A stretch of DNA of 64,000 nucleotides from a virus. Its lineage: Duplodnaviria > Caudoviricetes. Positions within the stretch are counted from its first letter, which is position 1, and every line of letters begins with the position of its first letter. The notes beneath the pieces are model-generated. The model searched no databases and was not told where the DNA came from. It saw only the letters and a list, made by a program, of their open reading frames with translations. Location of the stretch: positions 5,088-69,087 of IMG/VR virus record IMGVR_UViG_3300046725_000049, one strand, 5' to 3'. Positions 1-9,190 of the stretch are shown here, one piece after another. Both the position numbers and the translations under genes were made by a program.

Positions 1-813
1 GGCCTGGAAATCGACTGGGAGGCCGTCGAGCAGGCCCAGGAGGAGCAGAAGCTGCTCGAAGCGCAGCAGGCCACCCTGGGCACACCCCCCGGCGGCCCGG
101 GTAGTCCAGCCGGCGGCCCGACCGCACCGGCGCCAGCCGCTTCGCCGGTGGTCGACCCGGCGCTGCTGCCACCCGGGTTCACCCTCAGCCACACCGAGCG
201 TGACCCGAGCAACCCCGACTTCCTGACCCTGACCCAGGAGGCCCGCCAACTGCTCCAGGACGCCGCCGACGGGCTGGCCTTCCTCGACGAGCCCACCGGT
301 GAGCCGGTCGAGCTGACCCGGGGCGTACCCAATAGCGGCCAACCCAAGCGGGTGCAGACCCCCGCCGGGGCGCAGGCATACGGCGTGCCGATCGGTACCC
401 CCATCACCCGGGACATGGCCCAGCGCACCGCCAAGGAGGGTGTCAAGGGCAAGAACTTCGGCGGCGGCATCCGCGACCCGCAGGGCGACAACAAGGGCCA
501 CCAGAAGCTCGGCGGCGGGTTGGGCGCCAAGGCGCAAAACCCCGGCGGTGTCGTCACCGACCCGACCAACCGGGCATCCACCCCGAAGCGGCTGCTCTCG
601 CACCCCGAGGCGCCCGGTGTCATCCTGCTCGACTTCGGCGATGGCACCTTCGCCATCCGCAACGTCGCCTCCGGGGCCGAAAGCCCCCGGCAGAAGTTCA
701 ACCTCGCCGACTTCACCAAACGGGGCTGGACCGCCGCCACCCCCGCCCCCGGCGCGGCGAAGAAGGCGACCGCCCGCAAGACCCGCGCCGCCAGCCGCAC
801 CGACGGTCAGTGA
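1..813 (+). CDS. Probable portal protein, C-terminal part (5' truncated) with long Pro/Gly-rich extension
   Basis: Frame 1 is open from base 1 (GLEIDWEAVEQAQEEQ...) to the stop at 813; lies directly upstream of MuF and the protease; the conserved portal core is outside the window. Confidence 0.55.
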   Translation, partial: GLEIDWEAVEQAQEEQKLLEAQQATLGTPPGGPGSPAGGPTAPAPAASPVVDPALLPPGFTLSHTERDPSNPDFLTLTQEARQLLQDAADGLAFLDEPTGEPVELTRGVPNSGQPKRVQTPAGAQAYGVPIGTPITRDMAQRTAKEGVKGKNFGGGIRDPQGDNKGHQKLGGGLGAKAQNPGGVVTDPTNRASTPKRLLSHPEAPGVILLDFGDGTFAIRNVASGAESPRQKFNLADFTKRGWTAATPAPGAAKKATARKTRAASRTDGQ

Positions 814-1610
814 CCGCCAGCGACACCGCGCTGCACGCCATCGAAACACGCGTCGTGACGGCAATCAACCAACAGGTCCGCTCCGTCAACACCCAACTGG
901 GTGACTACCTGGCCACCGCCGTGGACGACAACCCGCCCCTGACCGCCACCGAACTGCTCAGCCGCAGCGAGGTCCACCAGAACATCACCAGCACCCTTTC
1001 CACCGCCCAGACCACCGTGGCGGCCCGCGTCAGCACCGGCCACGGCGCCGCCGTCGCCCTGGCCGTCCTGCTCGTGGCCGCCGCCCTGCGCCAAGACCCC
1101 ACCCAGCCGCGTGACCTCGGCGGCTACCTGCCCGCCGTGTTGGGCGACATCACCGCCGCCTTCGGCGCCACCCTGCTGGGCATCCACGACGGTATCCGGC
1201 TGGGCTATGACGGCATCACCGGCGGCCCCCGCGCCCGCCGTGCCCGGCGCATCGCCGCCCGCGCCGCCGTGGGCAAGGCCACCGGCCGTCTCGGGGTGCG
1301 GGTGCGCGCCGCCGGTAGCGTTGCCGTGCACCGGGGCTTCTCTGATGCGCAGGCCACCCTCTACGCCGAGGTCGCCGCCACCCACCCGGGGATGGTCATC
1401 ACCAAACGGTGGCAGGTCACCTCGGCCAACCCGTGCCCCGCCTGCGCCGCCCTGGACGGCACCGTCCTGCCGCTGGAGGCCGTGTTCGACGCCGCAGCCA
1501 CCACCGACCCGAACACCTCGCCGCCGGGGGTCTACCGGGACCTGCTTGTGCCGCCCCGGCACCCCAACTGCCGATGCCGACTCACCTACCAGGCCAGCAA
1601 CACAGTGTAG
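810..1610 (+). CDS. MuF/SPP1 gp7-like head morphogenesis protein
   Basis: C-terminal KRWQVTSANPCPACAALDG...PPRHPNCRCRL metal-binding motif typical of MuF; position after portal. Confidence 0.85.
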   Translation: MTASDTALHAIETRVVTAINQQVRSVNTQLGDYLATAVDDNPPLTATELLSRSEVHQNITSTLSTAQTTVAARVSTGHGAAVALAVLLVAAALRQDPTQPRDLGGYLPAVLGDITAAFGATLLGIHDGIRLGYDGITGGPRARRARRIAARAAVGKATGRLGVRVRAAGSVAVHRGFSDAQATLYAEVAATHPGMVITKRWQVTSANPCPACAALDGTVLPLEAVFDAAATTDPNTSPPGVYRDLLVPPRHPNCRCRLTYQASNTV

Positions 1611-1640
1611 TTTCGCGGCCACTTAGCTGTAGGTACCAGA

Positions 1641-4600
1641 GTGGCGACCGAAACGCTCTACCCGCAGAACAACACCGGCTTCCTGCTCGACATGCTCACC
1701 AAGGCTGGCGCCTCCCCCGCGTTGCTGCACGTCGTGGCCGCCACCGGCGCCACCCACCTGGAGAGCCAGTACAAGTCCGGGCAGCCGGTAACCTTCCTGC
1801 TCACCACGCCCGGCGGCACCGTCACGGTCGACGAGAACGCCCTGGGGGACATCGAGCAGTCGGCTGTGTTCGGCAAGTACTTCGACAAGTGGCAGTCACC
1901 CGGACAGGTGAAGTTCAAGGACGACCTCCTCCTCGCCAAAGGCGCCGAAATCTCGGCTGGGTGGCACGACGAGATCCAGGTGTTCACGGCGACCGGTGAG
2001 GGCTACGCCAAGACCGTTACGGTGAAGGCAGACCTGACCCAGACCGCATCACCCGTCGAGCCCACACCCGCCGCCGAGCCGACACCCCCATCGCCGCCGA
2101 CCATCACGATCGGGCTGTTTTGCTTCGACCAGCACGGCCGCGCCGTGCCCTACACCGGCGGCACCGTCATCCCCACCTACGGCCGGGAGATGACCGCCGC
2201 CATCAAGGCCATCGCCGCCGCGTTCGGCCACACCGTGGTCGGGCGGGGCCGCACCAAGATGTCCAAGCAGACCAAGCAGGAGTGGCTGCGGGCCTGGCAC
2301 AACGGCGACCTCAAGCAGTGCTACAGCATCGAACAGGGCCACGCCAAGACCAGCCTGAAACATCCGGGGGCGCCGGGCAACCAGCCAACCCACCGCGTCA
2401 TCTGGCAACCCGCCGTGGCGGGGGAGACCCCGGCAGGTGAGCTGGTCCCCGGCGACTGGTCCTCCCCGCTGAGCGTCAAGTCCGGCGCTGAGATTGACAA
2501 CTATCTCATCGCGGCGGGCATGGCCCACCCCCGCCAGCTCGGCTCCGCCCACCGCGCCCGCTGGGTCATCGCCCACCAGAAGGGCGACAAGGTCAGCGTC
2601 GATGCCATCTCACGCAGTGCCAAGCAGTCTGCCGGCTGGCACCGCTCGTATCCTCCGGTGTGGAACGACCTGGCCCCGCAGCCGTCTCTGGAGACCTGCC
2701 TGCAAGACGAGGTGGCGGTCAACCTGTGGCCGGTCAACGCCCTGGTGAGCTATTCGACCGACGCCGGCCTGCCCGTGGCGGTGTGCTGGAGCGACCTGGT
2801 CACTGTGGTCACCGAACACCGTGCCCAGCTCGCCGCCGAACAGGCCGCCCGCGACGCTGTGCTCACCTTCACCGTCGCCGAGCGGCAGCCGACCCTCACC
2901 GGCTACCACCGCAAGATGGTGCTGGTCGACCAACACGGCCGGCAGTGGCTGTTCAAACCCGCCCCGCTGCGGGCACGCCAGTCCCAACCGGAGCTGTTCC
3001 GCGCGCAAACCGAACACGAGGCCCACACACTGGCCCGCGCCTGGGGCTACCGCACCGCCGAGAGCCAGCTCATCGAGTTCGACGGCGTCTACGGCCAGAT
3101 CCAGGCTATGCTGCCCATCCAATCAACCCTCGCCGGGTTCACCGGCGCCGCGTTCGCCACCCTGACCCGCACCCAGTTGTGCGCCCTGGCTCGTGAACAC
3201 CTCCTCGACTGGGCCATCGACAATGATGATAGTCACGGGGAAAACATCGGCGTCCTTGCCGACGGATCCATCGTCGGTATCGACAAGGGCCGCGCCTGGC
3301 GCTACTTCGGTGGCTGGGACGGCCTATCCGGCGACTCCTCGGCCAACAGCAACGCCCCACTGGCATACACCGCCCTGTATGCCGCCATCGCGCAGCACCA
3401 CCTCGACCGGGACACCGTCGATGCCATGTACCGGGAAGTCATCGCCCAGGCCCGCCGCATGCAGCGGCTACCCGACGCCCGGCTGGCCGAGATCATCGGC
3501 CGGGCCGTGGCCAACCGGCCGCACTACCGACCCTCCTCCTACCAGCCGGCCGTCTCCGACGCCCCCGCTGACGCGGCCGAGCTGATCGCCGCCGCGACCG
3601 CCCGCAAAAACACCCTCGTAACAGACATGACGGCCCTGTGGTCGCGCATCTACCAGCGCGCCGGCTGGCCACCACCGGACCCGCTGTGTGCCCCGCTGGG
3701 CGACAACGCCCAGGGCCACCCGCTGCACAGCGGGCTGCAAAGCCCCGAACTGCACCACGCCATCACCCAGACCAAGTCCTACGGCACCGCCGCGTTCGTG
3801 GCCGGCACCGACATCGAAGACGCCCACATCCTGCTGTGGCGCGAACGCCGCCCCGACGGCGCCTTCACCATCCGAGGCCACGCCAAGGTACGCGGCGAGG
3901 CATACCAGCGGCTGCGAACCTGGTGCCGCGAGCACACCACCACAGCGAAGGCGGCCCCGAAGACGGCAGCACCCACCTTGCCTGGCGAACCGGCCTTCTA
4001 CGAGGCCATCATCGCCGCAGCCAAGACGATCTCCTATCACCACGAGGACAAGCAGTACAACGACGAGAAGATCGCCAAGCTGCAATGGGCCACCACGCAG
4101 CTCCTGCACGACCGCAAGCGATGCCAGACGCTACTCGACCAGTACACGCCCGACCCCGACGGTGCACTGGCCGCCACGGCGGCGATGTGCCAGCAATACC
4201 TGGGCTACATCGACGCCATCACCGTCCACCAGCACCAGGGCAGCCGGTCCAAGGAAGGCGACTTCCCGCGTTACCTCTACACCCCCACCACCGTTGAGCC
4301 ACTGCCGCCGCCACCGCCTGCGCCGTTCACCGTCGAACTGTGCCCGGCCACCCGCGCCGCAGCCCACCAGGGCGAAACCGTCAAACTCGGCCACGACGGC
4401 GAGCTTGACCTCGATGGCAGCGTGCTGCGCGACGGCCCCGACTACCAGGGACAACCCGGCAAGATGTACCTGATCACTCTGCCGGGTGGGCAGCAGATCG
4501 AGTACCGAGGCGCCAGCGAAACCGATACCCCGCGCGCGCTACACGGACAGCTCCAGTTCAGCATCCCCAACGCCGAGCACCTGCCCGCCGCGCTGGCCAC

Positions 4601-5549
4601 CATCACCAACCAGCTCGCTGTCATGGGTCTGACCCTGGCCGATGCCGACCTGACCGACCTGGAGCTGTTCTACTGGCGGCACCTGGCCGCTGTCATGGGC
4701 AACCGGGCCGACTCCCGCCCCGACGGCCAGCCCAGCATCGGTGTGCCGCAAGGCAAGTACAGCGAGTTTTGGCGCCGCACCGCCGATGTCGGCAAGACGC
4801 CCAGCCGCGATCAGGAACTGGCCATGTGGCGCCACGCCTTCGCCGCCCTGTGCGACCCCGAACAGATCGAGGCATTCCTGGCCGCCGACGGGCACCTGCC
4901 CCGGTTCATGCACCTGGACACCCGCAACCCCACCCAGCCCTGCGGCAAGCCCTACTGGGAACGCTTCGACGTACCCCGATCCGTCTGGGCCACTCGTGCC
5001 ATGCCGGTCCTGGCCTACCGCAGCGGCCCCCGCTGGGCGGTGGCGGCCGGTGCCTGCATGAGCACCGAGACCCGCATCCGCACCATGGCCATCTGGAAGA
5101 ACGGCATGTCCTCGGTGGAGGACATGACCTTCGGATCGTCGGCCTACGTGTTCACCCGCCAGAACATGGTCGAGTTCAGCTCGATGAATGTGTACGTCAA
5201 CCCTCGGGTGTTGATCCGCACCACCAACTACGCCTACCCAGTCGACCAGTTCGGTCGTGTTGGCGAACGTAAACTGCGGGCCTACTTCGATTTCGCCACC
5301 GCGACCGGCTACATCGAACACGGCAACGAACTCATGATCAAACACAGTCTCAGCCTGCTGGATGACATCGAGGTCCTGGTGTTCGCCGACGAAGCCCACC
5401 GCGCACGTGCTATCAAGATGCTGGCCGAACGCGGCATCACCGAGATCCGGGGACTACCGGTGGCCACCCGTATCGTCAACCGACGCGACCCAGCGGCCAG
5501 AGCCGCCGCCCTGGCCGCTGTGAAACAATCCCTGATGTGCCCGAGCTGA
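1641..5549 (+). CDS. 1302-aa multidomain protein: PI3K/HipA-like atypical kinase domain plus C-terminal putative ART-like domain
   Basis: Kinase motifs WLFKP (2946), DWAIDNDDSHGEN (~3207-3245), VGIDKG (~3273-3290); C-terminal GMSS..D...GSSAYVFTR...GNELMIK (ART assignment tentative). Confidence 0.7.
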   Translation: MATETLYPQNNTGFLLDMLTKAGASPALLHVVAATGATHLESQYKSGQPVTFLLTTPGGTVTVDENALGDIEQSAVFGKYFDKWQSPGQVKFKDDLLLAKGAEISAGWHDEIQVFTATGEGYAKTVTVKADLTQTASPVEPTPAAEPTPPSPPTITIGLFCFDQHGRAVPYTGGTVIPTYGREMTAAIKAIAAAFGHTVVGRGRTKMSKQTKQEWLRAWHNGDLKQCYSIEQGHAKTSLKHPGAPGNQPTHRVIWQPAVAGETPAGELVPGDWSSPLSVKSGAEIDNYLIAAGMAHPRQLGSAHRARWVIAHQKGDKVSVDAISRSAKQSAGWHRSYPPVWNDLAPQPSLETCLQDEVAVNLWPVNALVSYSTDAGLPVAVCWSDLVTVVTEHRAQLAAEQAARDAVLTFTVAERQPTLTGYHRKMVLVDQHGRQWLFKPAPLRARQSQPELFRAQTEHEAHTLARAWGYRTAESQLIEFDGVYGQIQAMLPIQSTLAGFTGAAFATLTRTQLCALAREHLLDWAIDNDDSHGENIGVLADGSIVGIDKGRAWRYFGGWDGLSGDSSANSNAPLAYTALYAAIAQHHLDRDTVDAMYREVIAQARRMQRLPDARLAEIIGRAVANRPHYRPSSYQPAVSDAPADAAELIAAATARKNTLVTDMTALWSRIYQRAGWPPPDPLCAPLGDNAQGHPLHSGLQSPELHHAITQTKSYGTAAFVAGTDIEDAHILLWRERRPDGAFTIRGHAKVRGEAYQRLRTWCREHTTTAKAAPKTAAPTLPGEPAFYEAIIAAAKTISYHHEDKQYNDEKIAKLQWATTQLLHDRKRCQTLLDQYTPDPDGALAATAAMCQQYLGYIDAITVHQHQGSRSKEGDFPRYLYTPTTVEPLPPPPPAPFTVELCPATRAAAHQGETVKLGHDGELDLDGSVLRDGPDYQGQPGKMYLITLPGGQQIEYRGASETDTPRALHGQLQFSIPNAEHLPAALATITNQLAVMGLTLADADLTDLELFYWRHLAAVMGNRADSRPDGQPSIGVPQGKYSEFWRRTADVGKTPSRDQELAMWRHAFAALCDPEQIEAFLAADGHLPRFMHLDTRNPTQPCGKPYWERFDVPRSVWATRAMPVLAYRSGPRWAVAAGACMSTETRIRTMAIWKNGMSSVEDMTFGSSAYVFTRQNMVEFSSMNVYVNPRVLIRTTNYAYPVDQFGRVGERKLRAYFDFATATGYIEHGNELMIKHSLSLLDDIEVLVFADEAHRARAIKMLAERGITEIRGLPVATRIVNRRDPAARAAALAAVKQSLMCPS

Positions 5550-5818
5550 CCTGGCAGGAACGCTTCGACGCGGACTTCCCACACGGTCTGGTCATGCGCT
5601 GGTTCGGTGATGTCGCCAGCCCCCGCTACACCATCGAACGTGTCGAGGTCATCGCCGAGCAGGACGCCATGCCGGTCATCTACCTGCAAGTCAGCGGCGC
5701 GCAAAAATCCTTCGAGGTGCACGTGCTCGACTACCACGTCATCGGCAACGAGCATCTCACCGCCCGGGTGCGGGCGATGAGCATCCCCGACATGCTCTGG
5801 AGCGCCATCCCCGGCTAG
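5537..5818 (+). CDS. 93-aa hypothetical protein, possible immunity/partner of the upstream large protein
   Basis: GTG start overlaps the upstream ORF end by 13 nt; GC3-rich codons; function inferred from position only. Confidence 0.6.
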   Translation: MPELTWQERFDADFPHGLVMRWFGDVASPRYTIERVEVIAEQDAMPVIYLQVSGAQKSFEVHVLDYHVIGNEHLTARVRAMSIPDMLWSAIPG

Positions 5819-5845
5819 TCGAACCAAGGACCAGCCCCGACACCG

Positions 5846-5853
5846 ACCGATAG
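5846..5853 (+). promoter_or_regulatory. Candidate sigma-28-type -10 element ACCGATAG
   Basis: Intergenic, 33 nt before the protease start, followed by the RBS GGGAGG; same motif precedes other structural genes. Confidence 0.5.
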
Positions 5854-5878
5854 AGGTCAGTGTTGAGGGAGGTCCAAG

Positions 5879-6985
5879 GTGTCCGACGAACTGGTCATCG
5901 TGCCGTCTGACGGCGACGGCTACGTGGAACTGGCCCGCACCAAGCAGGGCCGCCTGTTCCGAAAGCACATCCTCAACAAGGGTGAGCTGATCCACCCGAC
6001 GACCAAGAAGAAAATCAAGGTCGACGACACCTTCATCGGCACCCTGAAGGACAACTTCGCAAAGGGCTACTGCGACATCGTCCAGGTGCCGCTGGCCGGC
6101 AAGAACAACGAACACACCGAGGCGCCCGAGAAGAACATCGGCGAAGTCATCGGCATCGAGGAAAAGGACAACAAGGTCTACGCGCTGATCGACGCGCGCA
6201 AACCAGAGTTCGCCGATCAGCTCGGAAAGACCCTGCTCGGTGCCTCCGCGATGCTGCACCTGGACTACACCGACACCAAGACCGACACCAAGGTCGGTCC
6301 GACCCTCCTGCATACGTGCGTGACCAACCGCCCGTACGTCACCGGGCTCGATGACTACCAGGAGATCCTCAGCGCTACGTCCGATACATCTCAGGGAGCG
6401 GTGCTGCTTAGCGCCGACGTGGTGGAAGTGACACCGACCGAGGAGAAGGACGAGATGGGCGACGAGCCGACCAAGGAGACGCCGGCCAAGCCGACCAAGG
6501 ACGAACTGCTGTCGATCCTCAAGTCGGAACACGGTGTCGACGTATCCGCACTCCAGGCCAAGGCCGAGGAGGGCACCCAGGCCGCGCAGCTTTCCAAGGC
6601 CCTGGTCACCGCGCTCAGCGACGCCGGGGTGGTCAAGCTGGCCGCCGAGAACACCACCGAGGCACCGTCCACTGAGGACGTTGTCGGGGCGGTCGCCGAG
6701 CTGGCGCAAAACAACGTCACCCTCACCGACAAGGTGAGCAAGCTGGAGCGCCGCGACGCGCAGTACGCGGTGGACGCCCTCGTGGAGGCCGGTCGGGTCC
6801 TGCCGGCGCAGAAGAACGCCTTCGTCGACCTCAAGCTGAGCAACCCGAGCATGTTCGACGCGCTCGTGCCGGCGCAGCCGATCGTGAAGCTGTCCACCGA
6901 GGACGGTGTGAGCCCGCCCGAGGACGCCGCGCACAAGAAGAACATCGACGAAGAGGTAGCGCGGCTGTCCGCGCTTCTGAAGTAA
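5879..6985 (+). CDS. Mu gpI-like capsid maturation protease/scaffold
   Basis: GPTLLHTCVTNRPYVTGL resembles the Mu-like protease motif; acidic helical C-terminal scaffold region; precedes decoration and capsid genes. Confidence 0.8.
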   Translation: MSDELVIVPSDGDGYVELARTKQGRLFRKHILNKGELIHPTTKKKIKVDDTFIGTLKDNFAKGYCDIVQVPLAGKNNEHTEAPEKNIGEVIGIEEKDNKVYALIDARKPEFADQLGKTLLGASAMLHLDYTDTKTDTKVGPTLLHTCVTNRPYVTGLDDYQEILSATSDTSQGAVLLSADVVEVTPTEEKDEMGDEPTKETPAKPTKDELLSILKSEHGVDVSALQAKAEEGTQAAQLSKALVTALSDAGVVKLAAENTTEAPSTEDVVGAVAELAQNNVTLTDKVSKLERRDAQYAVDALVEAGRVLPAQKNAFVDLKLSNPSMFDALVPAQPIVKLSTEDGVSPPEDAAHKKNIDEEVARLSALLK

Positions 6986-7012
6986 CCCGCAGACCGAGCA
7001 GAAAGGCGAACC

Positions 7013-7411
7013 ATGGCTACGCAGTACCAGAAGCTGCCGGTACCGGGTTACACCTCGCCGACGGCCGACTACACCGACCCGGAGATCCTTGCCTCCACTG
7101 CGAGGTTCACCCAGTGGGGTGTCACCCTGGCCGGTGGTCAGGGAGTCATCGCCGCCGGCACCGTCCTGGGCCGCAAGACGAGCGACAAGAAGTACTACGC
7201 CTACAACAACGCCAACGCCAACGGGACCGAGGTCGCCCGGGGAGTGCTGCGGCGCGCGGTGGACACCGGCGCTGCTGGCGCCGATGACCAGCAGGGCAAC
7301 ATCGTCGTGTCGGGGATTCTCAAGAACAACCTCGTCGTCGGCGCTGACGCCGCCGCGCTGACCGACCTCGGCGCCACCGTCGACACCGTGCAGAACATCT
7401 TCAAGTTCTAA
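7013..7411 (+). CDS. Head decoration protein (lambda gpD-like)
   Basis: GVTLAGGQGVIAAGTVLG...GTEVARGVL motif; 132 aa, immediately before the major capsid gene. Confidence 0.8.
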   Translation: MATQYQKLPVPGYTSPTADYTDPEILASTARFTQWGVTLAGGQGVIAAGTVLGRKTSDKKYYAYNNANANGTEVARGVLRRAVDTGAAGADDQQGNIVVSGILKNNLVVGADAAALTDLGATVDTVQNIFKF

Positions 7412-7420
7412 AGCACACGG

Positions 7421-7460
7421 GTGAGGTGTCCCGTGTCGAATCCGATGCGGGACACATCGC
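7421..7460 (+). terminator. Long hairpin after the decoration gene (terminator or stabiliser)
   Basis: GTGAGGTGTCCCG pairs with CGGGACACATCGC (one mismatch, one GU), plus inner GU-containing pairs; no U-tail. Confidence 0.5.
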
Positions 7461-7588
7461 CAAACAGCGGGGTTCGGGCGCACAGGGTCCGATGAAGTTG
7501 AACATAGGCCAGCCAAGTGATCCCCCCGGGGAGGCGCAGGCCGGGCTCGTCAGAGTCGCTGCTTCGGTGATTCCTCAAAGGAGAAGTC

Positions 7589-8608
7589 GTGCCTGACATC
7601 AGCCTCCTCGAACCGATGGTCCTTCGGGGCGTCGTCGAGAAGTTCACGACGCCCGAGACGCTGGTGATGCTCGGGCGCGTACCCCAGACCCCGTGGCCGT
7701 TCCCGAGCGTGACGTGGGACGTGATCAAGGGCTCCCGCATGGTCGCCAAGCCCAACGTTCCCAACAGCGAGGCGCACATCGTGCCCCGGCTGGGCCGCTC
7801 CCAGGAAGCGGCGGCCTTCATCTACCTGCGGGAGAAGAAGGTCTTTGAGCCGACCACGCTGCACTGGATTCGCACCCCCGGCGAGCTGGCCACCACCAAC
7901 GCCGAGAAGGCCGTCCTGCGTGAGGTGGCAGACCTCAACCAGCGCTTCGACAACTTCGCCGAACTGCTGCTGTGGGGCGCCATGCGCGGCAACCTCGCCT
8001 TCGACTTCCCCGACGTGCAGGCCGCCGTGGACTACAAGTTCCCGGCCTCGCACAAGCCGCACCCGGCCGTCGGCTGGGACACCGCCACCCCGCAGCAGAT
8101 CGTCTCGGACATCCGGGCGTGGAAGCGCCTGATCACCCGCGACGGGCGGGTTCCGGCCCGCGACGCGTTCGCCACCGAGCTGACCCTGGCCTACATCTTC
8201 GACAGCTTCGCCGCCACCGGCAACGCGGCCGGCAACTTCCTGGCCGGCACCCTGCTGTCGGACCGGATGAAGGACCAGTACTACAGCCAGGGAACCCTGC
8301 CCGGCTTCATGGGCCTGAACTGGACCCCCGTGGAGAGCATCTACGACGACGACGCGGGAGTCCACACCCTGTTCGTGCCGGACAACGCGCTGTTCATCGG
8401 CAACTACACCGACCAGAAGCCGATCGAGCTGATGATCGGACCCACCGCCGACGACGAGGCACCGGACAACTTCACCGGAAAGTACAGTAAGAGCTGGAAA
8501 GAGCCCGACCCGTCCGCCCGACAGTTCATGATCGAGTGGAATCTGCTTCCCATCGTGACCCGCCCGGAGCAGATGCTGTACGTCGCGGATGTCACCTCTA
8601 CCACCTGA
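7589..8608 (+). CDS. Major capsid protein (lambda gpE-like)
   Basis: 339 aa; strong RBS AAGGAG; gpE-like features (P...W..., LREKK, QRFDNFAELLLWGAM, VDYKFP). Confidence 0.9.
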   Translation: MPDISLLEPMVLRGVVEKFTTPETLVMLGRVPQTPWPFPSVTWDVIKGSRMVAKPNVPNSEAHIVPRLGRSQEAAAFIYLREKKVFEPTTLHWIRTPGELATTNAEKAVLREVADLNQRFDNFAELLLWGAMRGNLAFDFPDVQAAVDYKFPASHKPHPAVGWDTATPQQIVSDIRAWKRLITRDGRVPARDAFATELTLAYIFDSFAATGNAAGNFLAGTLLSDRMKDQYYSQGTLPGFMGLNWTPVESIYDDDAGVHTLFVPDNALFIGNYTDQKPIELMIGPTADDEAPDNFTGKYSKSWKEPDPSARQFMIEWNLLPIVTRPEQMLYVADVTSTT

Positions 8609-8650
8609 CCCCAGTCCAGGAACAACCCCCGACAGGGGATGATCATCCCG

Positions 8651-8686
8651 ATCAGGGGCACCGGATACACATCTGGTGCCCCTGAT
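8651..8686 (+). terminator. Intrinsic terminator after the major capsid gene
   Basis: ATCAGGGGCACC/GGTGCCCCTGAT perfect 12-bp stem plus 4 inner pairs, loop ACAC. Confidence 0.75.
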
Positions 8687-8694
8687 TTGGTTGC

Positions 8695-8702
8695 ACCGAT
8701 AG
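8695..8702 (+). promoter_or_regulatory. Candidate sigma-28-type -10 element ACCGATAG
   Basis: Directly after the terminator, ending 8 nt before ATG 8711 (leaderless-type spacing). Confidence 0.5.
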
Positions 8703-8710
8703 GAACAGCC

Positions 8711-9190
8711 ATGAGGAACCTGCGCGCCTGTTTCACGTACTGGCGTGGCATCTCGCTGTTCTTCACCCACCGCATCGGCCGGCGCGGCACCGCCCTGCTG
8801 TTTTTCGCCTTCCTCGACCTCGTTTTCGCCTTCAGCCTGTTCCGGCCACTACCCGACGCCCAGCGCAACACCGGAACCGTGTTCATCAACCACCTCGCCC
8901 CCCTGTGGCTGTGGGGCCTGCTGTGGCTGGCCGCCGGACTGCTGTGCCTGATCTACGCCTTCCGCAGCGAGGACCGCGTCGCGTTCGCCGCCGCTATCGC
9001 CATCAAAGTCCTCTGGGGCCTGGTGTACGCGCTGGGTGGGATCCTGGTGCACATCGAACGGGCCTGGCTGGCGGCGGCCATCTGGCTGAGCATGGCCGGC
9101 TGGGTGTACATCATCTCCACCTGGCCCGAGCCGCACCGCTGGCACCACCCCGCAACACCACCACGCCCCACGGCGGGCCGCCATGAGTAG
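8711..9190 (+). CDS. 4-TM membrane protein (holin-like/lysis accessory)
   Basis: Four hydrophobic segments; ATG 8711 preferred over the track start at 8639, which runs through the terminator. Confidence 0.65.
   Translation: MRNLRACFTYWRGISLFFTHRIGRRGTALLFFAFLDLVFAFSLFRPLPDAQRNTGTVFINHLAPLWLWGLLWLAAGLLCLIYAFRSEDRVAFAAAIAIKVLWGLVYALGGILVHIERAWLAAAIWLSMAGWVYIISTWPEPHRWHHPATPPRPTAGRHE

Noticed and set aside
7470-7500. GCACAGGG resembling the start of a c-di-GMP-I riboswitch, and CCGATGA resembling a hammerhead core
   Set aside because: The remaining conserved elements (GCAAA/GAAA tetraloop-receptor, CUGAnGA plus GAAA) are absent
5309-7516. 735-aa minus-strand ORF and similar long antisense ORFs (e.g. 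17602-19116, 20324-22084, 12938-14305)
   Set aside because: Shadow frames of GC3-rich plus-strand genes; no motifs or RBS
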